DNA of 64,000 nucleotides, taken from positions 1,568,001 to 1,632,000 of the forward strand of contig OZ244799.1 in the NCBI GenBank assembly GCA_965219955.1, given 5' to 3'. The DNA comes from a bacterium (GTDB taxonomy: Bacteria > UBA8248). The notes below the pieces were generated by a model. The model worked only from the letters and a program-made list of their open reading frames with translations, searched no databases and was not told the DNA's origin. Of the stretch, positions 38,364 to 49,157 are shown in pieces (the first letter of the stretch is position 1; each line of letters begins with the position of its first letter). Made by a program: the position numbers and the translations under genes.

Positions 38364-41027
38364 TCATCGCAGCATCGGCTTTTGATTCTTCATCTTCCAG
38401 TCACGCTCCTTTACCGAAGCCAGATATGACTCAAGCCGGCGAATCCTCAATCTCGCCTTCTTGATTTCCTCTCCCATGCGCACCGAAACATGACCGTTAT
38501 CGAGCGCCGCAATGCTTTGGTAATGGACGATGGCCTTCTTCCACTCCCGGCGCGATTCACGAATCGCCGCGGCGCGCCAGGCCGCCAGGCGCACCCACTC
38601 CCGATGGCCCGGCCCCGTGCGCATCAACGACTCGAAGAGATCGAGCGCCTTGCTCCTTTCTCCCTCTCTCTCAAAGCCCGCCGCGATCTGAAACAACGCG
38701 GGCCCGGAAATGTTCACATCATCAGATTTCGATGCTATCCGAAAAGCCGCCGCCGCCGCTTCGGGCCTTTTTCTCTGCTGTTGAATCCTGCCGAGCCGCA
38801 AGGCCACCATACCCGCTTTGACGTTTTCAGGAAATTTGCCCAGGAAATCCGAGTAGGCTCGAGCGGCTTTGTCGTTATCGCCCATGTTCTCGAAGGCTTC
38901 CGCAAGCCTCAGGGCCACCTCGGCGTCATGAGGGGCCAGGGTCAGAATCTGGCGCAGCGCACCCGCGAATTCCTGCAAATCGTTCTCTTTCAGAAAACAC
39001 GACGCCCGCTGCCGGTGCAACGCCAGCTTCTCGTCCTTCGTCCTCTCATGCTGCAGCGCCAGCGCCGACGTCTTCACGGCGCGGCCGCAGTCTTTTCGCT
39101 CGAACAACGCGAGCGCCCACAGCCTGAGCCCCTCGCCGGGCTCGGACGGTTCAAGCGCAATCCAGGACGAGAAGGCCGCGTCCGCGCCTTTCCAGTCCCG
39201 CGCGCCGAAGGCGTTTCGCGCCAGGAAATACCAGATCGAGCGTCTCCTCGGAGCGCTCACCGCCTCATCGCCCGCAAGCGGCAGGAGAAAATCCTGCGCA
39301 TTTTGCAAGTCGCCCTGCGCCCGATACAGGTTGCCGATCTTCAGGCGCGCCTCGCGCTTCAAATCTTCGGGAAGAAGCGGCAACACGCTCTGAAACCGTT
39401 TCAAGGCTTCCGTTTTGTCTCCGCGCTTCTCCGACAACTCGCCCAGGCGATACCGCGCCCGAACCGCGAGTTCGGGGCGTCTTGAGCCTGAGACGACTTG
39501 CCGAAAATACGCGCCCGCCTCGTCGAATTTTCCGTCTTTCCATGCGCATTCGGCCCTTATGAAGGCCACCTCCGAGCGCAAGGACCGGGGAACATATTCC
39601 TTGGGAACCGCTTTCACCCTGGCGACGGACCTTGCGCAATCCTTTCGCGCGTTGTGGATAAACGCCGCCCGCAGAACGCCTAGATACGCCGCCCGCATGA
39701 GTTCGGGCTCGATGTTTTTCTCCGATTTCCTGAGCCCCTCGAACGACGCCGATATCTGCTGATAGCGCTCGAGAAGCGCTCGCGTGTTCCGCTCGGGCTC
39801 TTTTTCGAGCATATCGGCCAGGCGCAGTCCGGACCATACCGCCTCGCGCGTGTCCGGGGCGCGCCGGATGAGTTCGCCGTATTGGCTCAGCGCCTCTTTC
39901 TTCAAGCCCGCGCGAAGCAGGCAATCCGCCAACCGGAAGCGTGAAGAAGAAGCCAGCGGCGCGCCCTTTCCGAGGGCGTCGAGCGCGAAAACGAGGTATT
40001 TCCTGCCTCCATCCGCGCAAAGCCCCGCTTTTTCCACGCTTTGCCAGAAAAACAGGAGATAGGCGCCGTCTTCGGCCGGATCCCGAATCAACCGTTGATA
40101 GGCCGGCGCGGCTTTCGCGTATTCACCGGCGCGCCACCAGGAAGACGCCAGGCCTCGCTCCGCCGTCCTGCGCTGTGGTTGTGAAAGTTTCATCTTCAAA
40201 ACGTCTTCAAAGGCGGCGCCGGCTTTCGAGTATTTCTTCTGCGCAAACAGGCTCGCGGCCTGCCCCAGCCTCAAGTCGGCGCGATTTTTCTCTCCGGGCC
40301 TTCCCTGAAACAAGGAGTCGAACGTCTTCTCCGCCGAACCGAACTTCTTGAGCTCAAGTTGCAGCTTCGCCAGCCTGAGCCTGAAGGCGTGCGCCCTCGG
40401 ATTGCGCGGGAAGCGACGCACGACGAGGCTGTACGCCTTCTCGGCCTCCTTGATCAGCGGTATGTGATCGAGAGCGATGGCGCGCTCGAACAGGGCATCC
40501 TCCACGCGAGGGTCCTTGGGGGCGGATTTGATGAATTCATCGAGCGAGGCGACCGCGCCCCGCCACTCGCGCTTCGCCAGCCTGAGCGCGGCGACCCTGT
40601 AGACGGCCTCTATCCGGTAGCGCCCGGGATTCACGGAAGAATAGGCGCGTATCGCCTCTTTTCGATTCCCCGTCCGCTCGGCGAGCACTCCGATTCGAAA
40701 CTGAACCTCGCCGACCCTCTCGTGGCGGGGGTGCCGGTTCACGAACCCCTGATACGCCGTGATGGCCTCTCCCAGCCGGCCCTCGCGACGAAGCGCTTCG
40801 GCGAGCAGGTAGCGCACGATCGAAGCCGCCTTGCCGTTCCCCGCCGCTTTGAGGTAGGCCCTGAAAGCGTCAATCGCAGGGTCATAGAATCCATCCCGGT
40901 AGGTGTTCAGGCCGAATTGGAGATGAGACTGCGGGGTTTCCTTGAACTGCGCCCGAACCGCGGATACCGGCGCGAGAAGAGCCCCCGCCAGAATGCAAAC
41001 CGCGATAATGAGGAGACTACGCCTCAT
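38364..41027 (-). CDS. Large secreted tetratricopeptide repeat protein
   Basis: Signal peptide (MRRSLLII...VRA-Q) and tandem TPRs. Confidence 0.8.
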   Translation of the reverse strand: MRRSLLIIAVCILAGALLAPVSAVRAQFKETPQSHLQFGLNTYRDGFYDPAIDAFRAYLKAAGNGKAASIVRYLLAEALRREGRLGEAITAYQGFVNRHPRHERVGEVQFRIGVLAERTGNRKEAIRAYSSVNPGRYRIEAVYRVAALRLAKREWRGAVASLDEFIKSAPKDPRVEDALFERAIALDHIPLIKEAEKAYSLVVRRFPRNPRAHAFRLRLAKLQLELKKFGSAEKTFDSLFQGRPGEKNRADLRLGQAASLFAQKKYSKAGAAFEDVLKMKLSQPQRRTAERGLASSWWRAGEYAKAAPAYQRLIRDPAEDGAYLLFFWQSVEKAGLCADGGRKYLVFALDALGKGAPLASSSRFRLADCLLRAGLKKEALSQYGELIRRAPDTREAVWSGLRLADMLEKEPERNTRALLERYQQISASFEGLRKSEKNIEPELMRAAYLGVLRAAFIHNARKDCARSVARVKAVPKEYVPRSLRSEVAFIRAECAWKDGKFDEAGAYFRQVVSGSRRPELAVRARYRLGELSEKRGDKTEALKRFQSVLPLLPEDLKREARLKIGNLYRAQGDLQNAQDFLLPLAGDEAVSAPRRRSIWYFLARNAFGARDWKGADAAFSSWIALEPSEPGEGLRLWALALFERKDCGRAVKTSALALQHERTKDEKLALHRQRASCFLKENDLQEFAGALRQILTLAPHDAEVALRLAEAFENMGDNDKAARAYSDFLGKFPENVKAGMVALRLGRIQQQRKRPEAAAAAFRIASKSDDVNISGPALFQIAAGFEREGERSKALDLFESLMRTGPGHREWVRLAAWRAAAIRESRREWKKAIVHYQSIAALDNGHVSVRMGEEIKKARLRIRRLESYLASVKERDWKMKNQKPMLR

Positions 41028-41871
41028 CGTCAGGCTCCAGCAAGATGTTGTCAATCAACCTGGTTTCGCCGATATAGGCCGCCACGGCCATCCGGGCGGC
41101 GCCGTTGATCGTTTCTACCCTTTCGAGTGTCGCAGGGTCCACGATCTCCACGTAATCGACCCTGGAGCCCGCTTTCTCCAGCTCATCCACGCAAGGCTGA
41201 ATGATGGCGGCGGAAAATCGCTCCCCGGCCGCCACCATCCTTTTCGCGTCGAACAAGGCGCCACTGATGGCGCGGGCGCGGGACCGCTCCTCCGCCGACA
41301 GATAAGCGTTCCTGCTGCTGAGCGCCATTCCGTCGTCTTCACGGACAATCGGGCAGGGAACGATCTCCACGCCCAAATCCAGATCGTCCGCCATCCGCCG
41401 GATCAGGACGAGTTGCTGGTAATCCTTCTCGCCGAAATAGGCCCGGTGCGGGAGACACGCGGAGAACAGCTTGAGAACGACCGTGGCCACGCCCCGGAAG
41501 TGTCCCGACCGATGAGCCCCGCAAAGAGGCGCGCCCAGGCCGGGCACGTCCACCCAGGTGCCGTATCCGCCGGGATACATGGAACTCGCTTTGGGCGCAT
41601 AGACGATGGCCACGCCCATCTCCCGGCAGGCCTCCAGGTCCGCCTCGAAAGTCCTCGGGTAGGTGTCGTAATCCTCGCCGGCTGCGAACTGGGCCGGATT
41701 CACGAAAATGCTCACGACGGCGGCGGCGCACTCCTCCGCCGCCCGGGCGATGAGGCTCTTGTGCCCCTCGTGCAGCGCGCCCATCGTCGGAACCAGCCCG
41801 AGCGGCGCGCCCTCCCGCCTTAAAACTTCGGCCAGCTCACGCATATCTTGAGGCGTATCGACAACTTTCAT
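41017..41871 (-). CDS. panC: Pantoate--beta-alanine ligase
   Basis: VPTMGALHEGH, SIFVNP, FGEKDYQQ, LSSRN and RLIDN motifs. Confidence 0.96.
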   Translation of the reverse strand: MKVVDTPQDMRELAEVLRREGAPLGLVPTMGALHEGHKSLIARAAEECAAAVVSIFVNPAQFAAGEDYDTYPRTFEADLEACREMGVAIVYAPKASSMYPGGYGTWVDVPGLGAPLCGAHRSGHFRGVATVVLKLFSACLPHRAYFGEKDYQQLVLIRRMADDLDLGVEIVPCPIVREDDGMALSSRNAYLSAEERSRARAISGALFDAKRMVAAGERFSAAIIQPCVDELEKAGSRVDYVEIVDPATLERVETINGAARMAVAAYIGETRLIDNILLEPDDEA

Positions 41872-41966
41872 CGGGAATCTCGGGGAAAACGGGCAACACG
41901 CACCGTAATGGGCGGCGGTAGGCTATCTTCTCAAATATCACCCGCGAAAAACAAGGCTAAAAACAA

Positions 41967-42211
41967 GGGGTTGTTGAAAAAGGCCTCCGGGGAGGGCCAT
42001 CGAAAACCCCTTTGAGGGGAGGGAGTCGCGATCATCGAATTGTTTACTGTAGGGACAGGCCTCCGTGCCTGTCCTGACGAAGGACAACCACGGAGGGCAG
42101 GACAACCCCGAGGAGGGGTTGTCCCTACAAAAACATCGCACCCACCCGCGCCGCTTGAAGCTCCATATCGCCCGCTTCCGAAGCAAGGTTCCCTCCCCCC
42201 AAAAAAGGGTT
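41967..42211. repeat. Composite palindromic repeat cluster 1
   Basis: GGGGTTGTTGAAAAAGGC end, then an IR pair (42005-42024 / 42190-42211) enclosing a GTAG-REP pair (42049-42128). Confidence 0.75.
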
Positions 42212-42234
42212 ACATCAACGAGGCGCCGCAGGCT

Positions 42235-42744
42235 TCAGGGGGATTCCACCTGAAACTTCTCGACCCAGAAATCTCCCGCGGGGAGACCGGACAGCAGTCC
42301 GGAAACGGATTTCTTGAGGACGGGATGAACGAAGCCGGGCGCGATTTCGGCCAGGGGCGCGAGGACGAAGCGCCTCTCGTGCAACCGGGGATGCGGCACT
42401 TCCAGGCCCTGCTCCTCGATGGCTTCTTCTCCATAGAAGAGCAAATCCAGGTCGATCACCCGGGGCCCCCACCGCTCTTTTCGGACGCGGCCCATTTTCT
42501 GCTCGATTTCCAGGAGGAGCGCGAGCAACTCCCTGGGGCTCACGCTGCATTCGAGGGCGAAAACGGCGTTGATGAAGGGAGGCTGCTCAACGGGCCCCAC
42601 AGGCTGTGTGCGGTAGAGGGACGATGCGCCGAGAAATTCTATGCCCGGGCTTTTTTGCAACGCATCCTGCGCCTGCTGAATCTGGCGAACCGGCTCGCCG
42701 AGGTTCGCGCCCGCGCCGATGAAGGCGCGCGCTTTATTGCTCAA
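42235..42744 (-). CDS. folK: HPPK (folate synthesis)
   Basis: [22 protein letters not shown] and [12 protein letters not shown] motifs. Confidence 0.95.
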   Translation of the reverse strand: MSNKARAFIGAGANLGEPVRQIQQAQDALQKSPGIEFLGASSLYRTQPVGPVEQPPFINAVFALECSVSPRELLALLLEIEQKMGRVRKERWGPRVIDLDLLFYGEEAIEEQGLEVPHPRLHERRFVLAPLAEIAPGFVHPVLKKSVSGLLSGLPAGDFWVEKFQVESP

Positions 42745-43916
42745 AAGCCCGCCTTCTCGATTCTCTCGAGCGCTTCGGTGAGCCTGGCTTCGGGAACCGT
42801 CAGGGCGAAACGGATGTATCCCTCGCCGGAGGGGCCGAAACCGTTCCCCGGCGTGGTGACGACGCCGCAGTTTCTCAAAACGTGCGCCGTGAACTCACTC
42901 GAGGTGAAGCCCTCGGGGCACCGCACCCAGACGTAGAACGTGGCCTTGGGCGTATTCGCCTGAAGGCCCAGTTTTTTCAGGCCCTCCATCACGACGTCTC
43001 TTCTCCCCTGGTACATCTTGCGCATTTCGGCCACGCAGGTCTGGTCCGCGCTCATCGCCTTGATGCCCGCTTCCTGCACCGCGCCGAACACGCCCGAGTC
43101 CACGTTCGTCTTGATGGCGCCGAGGCCCGCGAGGACCTCCGCGTTCCCCACGGCGCTCGCGATGCGCCAGCCCGTCATGTTGTAGGTCTTCGAGCACGAG
43201 TGGAACTCGACGCCCACGTCCTTCGCGCCCTCCGCGTTCAGGAAGCTGATGGGCTCGTAGCCGTCAAAAGCCATCTCGGAGTAGGCGTTGTCGCTGCAGA
43301 CGATGATGTCATACGAGCGGGCGAACTCGACGAGCTCGTTGTAGAAATCCACTTCCGCGCAGGCGGCGGTGGGGTTGTTCGGATAGTTGATGAACATGAG
43401 TTTGGTGTTTTTCGCCACGTCCGTGGGAATCGCGCCCAGATCAGGCAGGAAATCGTTCTCCGCGGTCAGCGGCATGAAATGCACCTGCCCGTCCGCGAAA
43501 TAGGTGCCGATCTCGTAGACGGGATAGGCCGGGTCCGGCACGAGCACGTGGTCGCCCGGGTCCACGAACGCCAGCGGAATATGGGCGATGCCCTCTTTCG
43601 AGCCGATCAGGGAGATAACCTCCGAAGCCGGGTCGAGCGCGACCCCGAAGCGCGAGCCGTACCAGTCGGCCACGGCCTTCCGGTAGGACGGCATGCCCTC
43701 GTAGGAGGGATACTGGTGGTTCGTGAGCTTGCGCGAGGCCACGTCGAGTTCTTCGATGATGTGCCCGGGCGTCGGCAAATCCGGGTCGCCTATCCCCAGG
43801 CTGATGATGTCCATGCCCGAATCGGCGACTTCCGCCTTCATCCGGTCGATTTCCGCGAAGAGATAGGGAGGCAGGCGCTTGAGCCTGTGCGCGCGTTCGA
43901 TGTTGATAGACGCCAT
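42741..43916 (-). CDS. dapL: LL-diaminopimelate aminotransferase
   Basis: LPPYLFA, GIGDPD, NYPNNPT and [10 protein letters not shown] motifs; dapB/dapF/lysA nearby. Confidence 0.85.
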   Translation of the reverse strand: MASINIERAHRLKRLPPYLFAEIDRMKAEVADSGMDIISLGIGDPDLPTPGHIIEELDVASRKLTNHQYPSYEGMPSYRKAVADWYGSRFGVALDPASEVISLIGSKEGIAHIPLAFVDPGDHVLVPDPAYPVYEIGTYFADGQVHFMPLTAENDFLPDLGAIPTDVAKNTKLMFINYPNNPTAACAEVDFYNELVEFARSYDIIVCSDNAYSEMAFDGYEPISFLNAEGAKDVGVEFHSCSKTYNMTGWRIASAVGNAEVLAGLGAIKTNVDSGVFGAVQEAGIKAMSADQTCVAEMRKMYQGRRDVVMEGLKKLGLQANTPKATFYVWVRCPEGFTSSEFTAHVLRNCGVVTTPGNGFGPSGEGYIRFALTVPEARLTEALERIEKAGF

Positions 43917-44180
43917 GAAATTCCTCAAGAGTGATGTGGGACAGAAATTGATATATCCGTTAGAAATTATATTTCAGTCAGTTGCACGATTTTCCTGATG
44001 CAGTTTCTCGCAAGATGCGCGGTTATTCACACTCCATGAGCCGGAAACCTAGCACGGCTGGAATTGATCGGCAAGGTTGGGGGGTGGGGGATACTATTGA
44101 ATCTGGTCTATGGGCTGAATCGAGAAAGGTGGCGCATATCCGCTGCAATGGGGTTGTGCAAAAGCCCGGTGAGGTCTGTA

Positions 44181-44584
44181 GCCGTCATTCCGGTATCGGA
44201 GCCGACCGCAGAGGAAGGGTTCGAGGAAATAACGAGCAAAACCGCACCGCCTCGCAGGGGGCTGTTGAAAAAGCCCGGAACTCTGGATTTGTCGTATGTA
44301 ACCGACCGACGAGAGAGAAAAATCACTCCCCCCTTGAGGGGGAGTCGAGGAAGCCGAGCGTTTTTTGCGAAGGCTGATGCGGTGGGGGGTAAAATGCGTT
44401 TTATCGCCATTCCGAATTATACCCCCCACCGAATCGCTTTCGGGCTTACGCCCTCAGCTCTTCGACTCCCCCTCAAGGGGGGAGTGGTTCCTTCTCTCTC
44501 ATTAGTTGCCTAAATTCTCAAAATCACGAAATCGGGGCTTTTGCAGCAACCCTCCCTGGCCGGCTCCGACACCGGAATGACGGC
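44181..44584. repeat. Composite palindromic repeat cluster 2 (C[E[A]E]C nest)
   Basis: 23/24-bp IR pair (44181-44204 / 44561-44584) encloses a GGCTGTTGAAAAA-type pair (44257-44276 / 44535-44552), which encloses the long palindrome at 44321-44488. Confidence 0.85.
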
Positions 44585-44777
44585 GGAGAACAAGCCACGG
44601 ACGGGCGCGATCTTCGCCTCCCCGCCATATTTCGCCCCCCTGCCCCAAAAACCTCACCCAATCCCCTCCCGTATATTGTATTCCCCCGAAAAAAAGTGCT
44701 AACATCCCCGCGTTCGAAATCGCGCCTGCGAAGTGCGCAATCATTTGCCCGGACTCTAGCTTGAGGAGCGCATTCCG

Positions 44778-45743
44778 ATGACCCACGTCATCGCGGAACC
44801 ATGTGTCGACACCAAGGACACCGCATGCGTCGACGTATGCCCGGTCGACTGCATCCATGAGGCGGCGGACGGCAGCAGCCCGATGCTCTACATCGACCCG
44901 GTCGAGTGCATCGACTGCGCGGCCTGCGTGCCGGCCTGCCCGGTGGACGCCATTTTCGAGGAAAGCGACCTGCCCTCCCAGTGGTCGAAATACACCCAGA
45001 TAAACGCGGATTTCTTCGCCGGCGGAGGTGCTGCGGCGCCTGCGGCGGCAGCCGCGGGCGGCGGAGCGGCGGCGGCCGCACCGGCGAAAAAAGAGCCCGA
45101 ACCCGAGCCGCTGCCGGAGCCTCTGAAACTCACGGTTGAGGAGATGTACAAGGAACTCTCCGAGATCAGAGAAGACGTGGCCACCAACCGGGGCAGGGAA
45201 GAAGAGGGAAAATCGACGAAGCGCTCCCCCACCCTCATTTTCCTGGCCGCGGCGGTGATACTGCTCATGGTCTACGGCATCTCGAACAACTTTTCGAAAT
45301 CCGTGAACACCAGCCTCTACGGGAAACTGAGCGCCTTCGCCCTGGGGGACAGGAAACCGACGCTCTCGGGCAGCGTCTATTCGGTCAACCAGACGATCGG
45401 CGGCAAGAGATATACGCTCGAGGTGTCCGATTCGATATTCGGCGGGCGAACGCTCAGGCTCCAGGCCCCGACCGGGCCGATTCAGAAGATATACCACAAG
45501 GACGAGAAATTCTTCGGAAACGTCGCGAACCAGTACAGCCGCTACTACTACATGTTCGTCGACGACAAGAGCGACGGCACAGTCGATTCCATCCTCCAGG
45601 TCCGGGAACTCTGGAGCAAGGAGAACCGCTTCCTGGGCCGGTACCACAACCCGATTCAGCCCAGTCCCGAACTGCAGAAATCCTACCAGGAGGCGGCGCA
45701 AACGCTCGCCAAGCAATTCGGCATCGCCGAATCCGGCGCGTAG
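44778..45743 (+). CDS. 7Fe-type ferredoxin fused to an Ala-rich linker, TM helix and unknown extracytoplasmic domain
   Basis: CVDTKDTACVDVCPVDCI and CIDCAACVPACPVDAI; uninterrupted frame through TM LIFLAAAVILLMVYGI. Confidence 0.8.
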   Translation: MTHVIAEPCVDTKDTACVDVCPVDCIHEAADGSSPMLYIDPVECIDCAACVPACPVDAIFEESDLPSQWSKYTQINADFFAGGGAAAPAAAAAGGGAAAAAPAKKEPEPEPLPEPLKLTVEEMYKELSEIREDVATNRGREEEGKSTKRSPTLIFLAAAVILLMVYGISNNFSKSVNTSLYGKLSAFALGDRKPTLSGSVYSVNQTIGGKRYTLEVSDSIFGGRTLRLQAPTGPIQKIYHKDEKFFGNVANQYSRYYYMFVDDKSDGTVDSILQVRELWSKENRFLGRYHNPIQPSPELQKSYQEAAQTLAKQFGIAESGA

Positions 45744-45770
45744 GGCGGGGGTAGGCCTTACGCCGCTGTA

Positions 45771-46495
45771 GGGGTCTGTTGAAAAAATCCTTCTCGCTCG
45801 GAATTATCCACCGCCGTCATTCCGGCGAAAGCCGGAATCCATTTTGACTTCGCCTTTCGTCTCTGGCACATCCTCATCCCGCACGTCGTTTTGGTTGTAA
45901 GCCTGGTGTAGGAGCCGCATATGGGCCTCTTGAAAAAAACCTCGCATCTCCCTCATCCTCAGTAGCGGCCCCTCGACTTCGCTCGGGGCAGGCTCCGCCG
46001 TTCCCCGACACTCCTCATCCTGAGTAGGCGCGAAAGCGCCGTATCGAAGGATGCCTTTTCGCCACAGCACGCTCCCCTCGCCCTTCGATACGCCGCCTTC
46101 GGCGGCTACTCAGGGTGAGGAAAGAGGCGTTGGTGGTTTCCAAGGGCTCGTGGACGCATCCAGGGCTTTTTCAACACCCCTACAAGTCCATTTCAACCAA
46201 GGCGGGAGGGAATGCCGGAATCCGGGGGTTTCCGCTTTCGCCGGAATGACGGCGGTGGTGAATTACGACCTGTAGGGACAACTCCCTGTGGTTGTCCTTT
46301 CCAGGAGCCACGGACAGGCACGGAGGCCTGTCCCTACAGCAGCCTCCATCGGGATTTGCAGGTTCCCGTAGGGGTCAGACATATATGTCTGACTGCGTGT
46401 CCACCCTGCCCCCGCAAAACGAAAAACGGGCGGACACGCGGGTCCGCCCCTACGGTGAATTTCCGATCTAACGGCAAAGGGTTTTCAACATCCCC
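45771..46495. repeat. Composite palindromic repeat cluster 3
   Basis: E ends at 45771, 46162 and 46478; C pair 45808-45840 / 46227-46258; CTCATCCTGAGTAG..CTACTCAGGGTGAG (D) units at 45951-46120; GTAG-REP pairs at 46272-46337 and 46368-46453. Confidence 0.85.
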
Positions 46496-46528
46496 TAGCT
46501 TGGGGTCAGGGCTTACCACATCAAAAAA

Positions 46529-47050
46529 TCAAAAATCCACCTTGTCGGCCTCGTCGGTTTCCGGGAAGGGACCCTCCTTGATCTCGATGGCCTTCGTGCC
46601 CGCCTCCAGGAACTCGATGCGGTGCCCCTCGTACATGAGAATCAGGTCGCCGGGCGCGAGATCCACGTCGGCGGCGTGGTCGCCCTCTTTGGCGTAGACG
46701 CCGATCCGCATCCGGCCCGAGCGGCAGATCATGATCTGGTGGCGCGTCGTGTTGGCGGGGCGCTCCGTCACCTCGTGGTAGTGGGGGTTCACGACGGCGC
46801 CGGGGTTTCGGTTCAGCATGACGATCTGGAGCGGGTTTTCGTCCGGCGTCATGTGGGCCTTGGTCCTCCGCTCGGTTTCGGGGTCGGCGCCGGCGTAGGC
46901 TTCCGCCAGATGGGCGCGCTCTTCTTCCGAGTCGAGATAAGGCGGGAAGGCGGCGTAGTCGTCAAAATTGTTCCTGATGACCTGCGCCAGCGTTCTCCCG
47001 TCGGCAGCCTTCACGTATTCGACGCCCGCCGCTTCGATTTCCCCAGCCAT
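46529..47050 (-). CDS. Cupin-fold protein (WbuC-like)
   Basis: NPHYH..HQ, GHRIEF and EIKEGP motifs. Confidence 0.6.
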   Translation of the reverse strand: MAGEIEAAGVEYVKAADGRTLAQVIRNNFDDYAAFPPYLDSEEERAHLAEAYAGADPETERRTKAHMTPDENPLQIVMLNRNPGAVVNPHYHEVTERPANTTRHQIMICRSGRMRIGVYAKEGDHAADVDLAPGDLILMYEGHRIEFLEAGTKAIEIKEGPFPETDEADKVDF

Positions 47051-47094
47051 CCGTTATCTCCTCACGATGTCGTTGGATACGCAGATTACAAGTA

Positions 47095-47892
47095 TCAAAG
47101 CCCCAGCACGTCCGCCATGCCGTAGACCCCGGGGGATTTATCCGCCACCCAGCGGACCGCGCGCACGGCGCCAGCCGCGAAATTGTCCCGGCTGCCCGCG
47201 CGGTGGGTAATCTCCACCCGCTCGCCCATCCCGAAGAAATAGACGGTGTGCTCGCCGGGAACGTCGCCGCCGCGCAGGGTCTGCATGCCGATGACGCCCT
47301 CGGGACGTATTCCAGTCTGGCCTTCGCGGTGAAACACCGCGTCTTCGGGATATTGCTTGCCCGTCACACGGGCCAGTATCTCGCCCATGCGCACCGCCGT
47401 TCCCGAGGGGGCGTCTATTTTCTGGTTGTGGTGCGTTTCGATGACCTCGATGTCGTAGGCGTCGCCCAGGAGCCGGGCGGCCTCTTCTATCAGGCGAAAG
47501 GAGACGTTCACCCCCACGCTCATGTTCGGCGCCAGGACGCAGGCGATTTTGTCGCCGAAGCCGGCAATCTCCTCGCGCTGGGCGTCCGAGAATCCCGTGG
47601 TGCCGATGACGGCCGCCATCCCCTTCCCGGCCGCCAGGCGCGCATGGGCGACGCTGGCTTCGGGGATCGCGAAGGAGACCAGCACGTCGCCGCTCAAGGC
47701 GGAGGAATCACTGGTGAGCGCGACGCCCATATCCCCGCAGCCTGCGTGAGCGCCCGCATCCCCGCCCAAACCCTCGAACCCTTCGCGTTCGAGCGCGCCC
47801 GAGAGGGTGAGATCGTCCGATGAGGCGATTTGGTGGATAATGCGGCCCCCCATCCTGCCGCCGGCTCCGGCCACGACGATTCGTATCGACAC
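47095..47892 (-). CDS. dapB: 4-hydroxy-tetrahydrodipicolinate reductase
   Basis: GAGGRMG, IGTTG, APNMSVG and ETHHNQKIDAPSGTA motifs. Confidence 0.96.
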   Translation of the reverse strand: MSIRIVVAGAGGRMGGRIIHQIASSDDLTLSGALEREGFEGLGGDAGAHAGCGDMGVALTSDSSALSGDVLVSFAIPEASVAHARLAAGKGMAAVIGTTGFSDAQREEIAGFGDKIACVLAPNMSVGVNVSFRLIEEAARLLGDAYDIEVIETHHNQKIDAPSGTAVRMGEILARVTGKQYPEDAVFHREGQTGIRPEGVIGMQTLRGGDVPGEHTVYFFGMGERVEITHRAGSRDNFAAGAVRAVRWVADKSPGVYGMADVLGL

Positions 47893-48061
47893 GGGGTTCC
47901 CCTTCCCTGATAATGAAAATTCAACAAGTCATTGATTGTAAAGTATTATACGCGCATCGCCCGAAAGTGGGAACCTCGGGGCGTCATAAGGGGTGAAGGG
48001 AGAAGAAATGTGAAAAACGCCCGCATTCTGACAGCATATTTGATACGATAAGGCGACAAGG

Positions 48062-48685
48062 ATGTTCACTCTGGCGATACCGGCTTGGGGATTTGGACTT
48101 TTGGAAGTCCCGCACGAAGAACTCGACGAGTCGTCCTGGATCAAACGCTGCCAGAACGGCGACAAGGACGCTTTCGAGCCCCTAGTTCGTCAAAACGCCG
48201 GAAAAATCCAGCGCCTCGTGTGGGGAATGCTCGGTGAACGCAGGGAAGACACCGACGACATCGTTCAGGAGATATTCATCAAGGCCTATATCGCCCTGCC
48301 CAGATTCCGGGGAGACGCCAGGTTTTCCACCTGGGTCTACCGGATCGCGGTCAACCATTGCCGCGATTACCTGAAGCGCGGGGGGCCGCTGCCGCTGGAA
48401 CTCAGCGAAGAGCAAATCGCCGCCGAACCCGCGCCGGAAGACAAGGAAGGGCAGGACAAATTGCGGGAGGTGCAGGAAAAGCGCGCGAGCGATGAGCTCC
48501 AGAAACTCCTGGCGCAATTGCCGGAGAAACATCGCCGCATCCTGGTGATGCGCGAACTCGAAGGAATGAGTTACGATGAAATAGCGGAAGTGCTCGAGAT
48601 CAGGCCCGGCACGGTGCGCTCGAGACTCAACCGCGCCCGCGCGGGCATTCTGCGCGTGGCCGAGAGCGTCCGGGAGGCGAAGTGA
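48062..48685 (+). CDS. ECF RNA polymerase sigma factor
   Basis: DIVQEIF, FSTWVYRIAVN, MSYDEIA and GTVRSRLNRAR motifs. Confidence 0.92.
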   Translation: MFTLAIPAWGFGLLEVPHEELDESSWIKRCQNGDKDAFEPLVRQNAGKIQRLVWGMLGERREDTDDIVQEIFIKAYIALPRFRGDARFSTWVYRIAVNHCRDYLKRGGPLPLELSEEQIAAEPAPEDKEGQDKLREVQEKRASDELQKLLAQLPEKHRRILVMRELEGMSYDEIAEVLEIRPGTVRSRLNRARAGILRVAESVREAK

Positions 48686-49140
48686 TGCGCTGGTGGGAAA
48701 ACATTTTTAACCGGAATCGAAGTGCGGGGGACTGGGACGCTCCCCGGCCTGAAAACGAGACGGTCGCGGAGCTCAAGGCCCTCTTCGAGGCCGCGCGCGA
48801 GGATGCGCCCGCACCCGACGATAAACTCTGGGAAAAGCTGCACCCCCGGCTCGCCGCCCATGAAGGGCGGGCCCGGAACGGCTTCTCCTTCACCGCGGCG
48901 CTGGCCGCGACGGGGCCGAGATTCGCGGCGGCCGCCCTGGGCGTCCTGCTTATCGTTGCGGGCCTTTTCTGGAGCCAAAGCGCCGAGAGGCAGGCGCGCA
49001 TTCTGGAGCGTCAGGCAGCATTGGCGCTCTATACAGACAGAAATCCCCTGAACCCCACGATGTTGATCAGCAACGCGCTCGAAGCGCAAACAGGCATGGA
49101 ACTGCTTCAATACGCCGTCCACGCCGGGCCTGAGCGTTAG
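48682..49140 (+). CDS. Putative membrane anti-sigma factor
   Basis: Overlaps the sigma stop codon; single TM segment. Confidence 0.6.
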   Translation: MMRWWENIFNRNRSAGDWDAPRPENETVAELKALFEAAREDAPAPDDKLWEKLHPRLAAHEGRARNGFSFTAALAATGPRFAAAALGVLLIVAGLFWSQSAERQARILERQAALALYTDRNPLNPTMLISNALEAQTGMELLQYAVHAGPER

Positions 49141-49157
49141 GCAGAGAGATTGAGACG

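Noticed and set aside
43917-44180. Lysine riboswitch upstream of dapL
   Set aside because: No recognisable L-box conserved elements by eye.
43982-44513. ORFs over repeat clusters (NHSPLEGES / TPPLRGS peptides)
   Set aside because: Translations of the palindromic A element; no RBS or coding signal.
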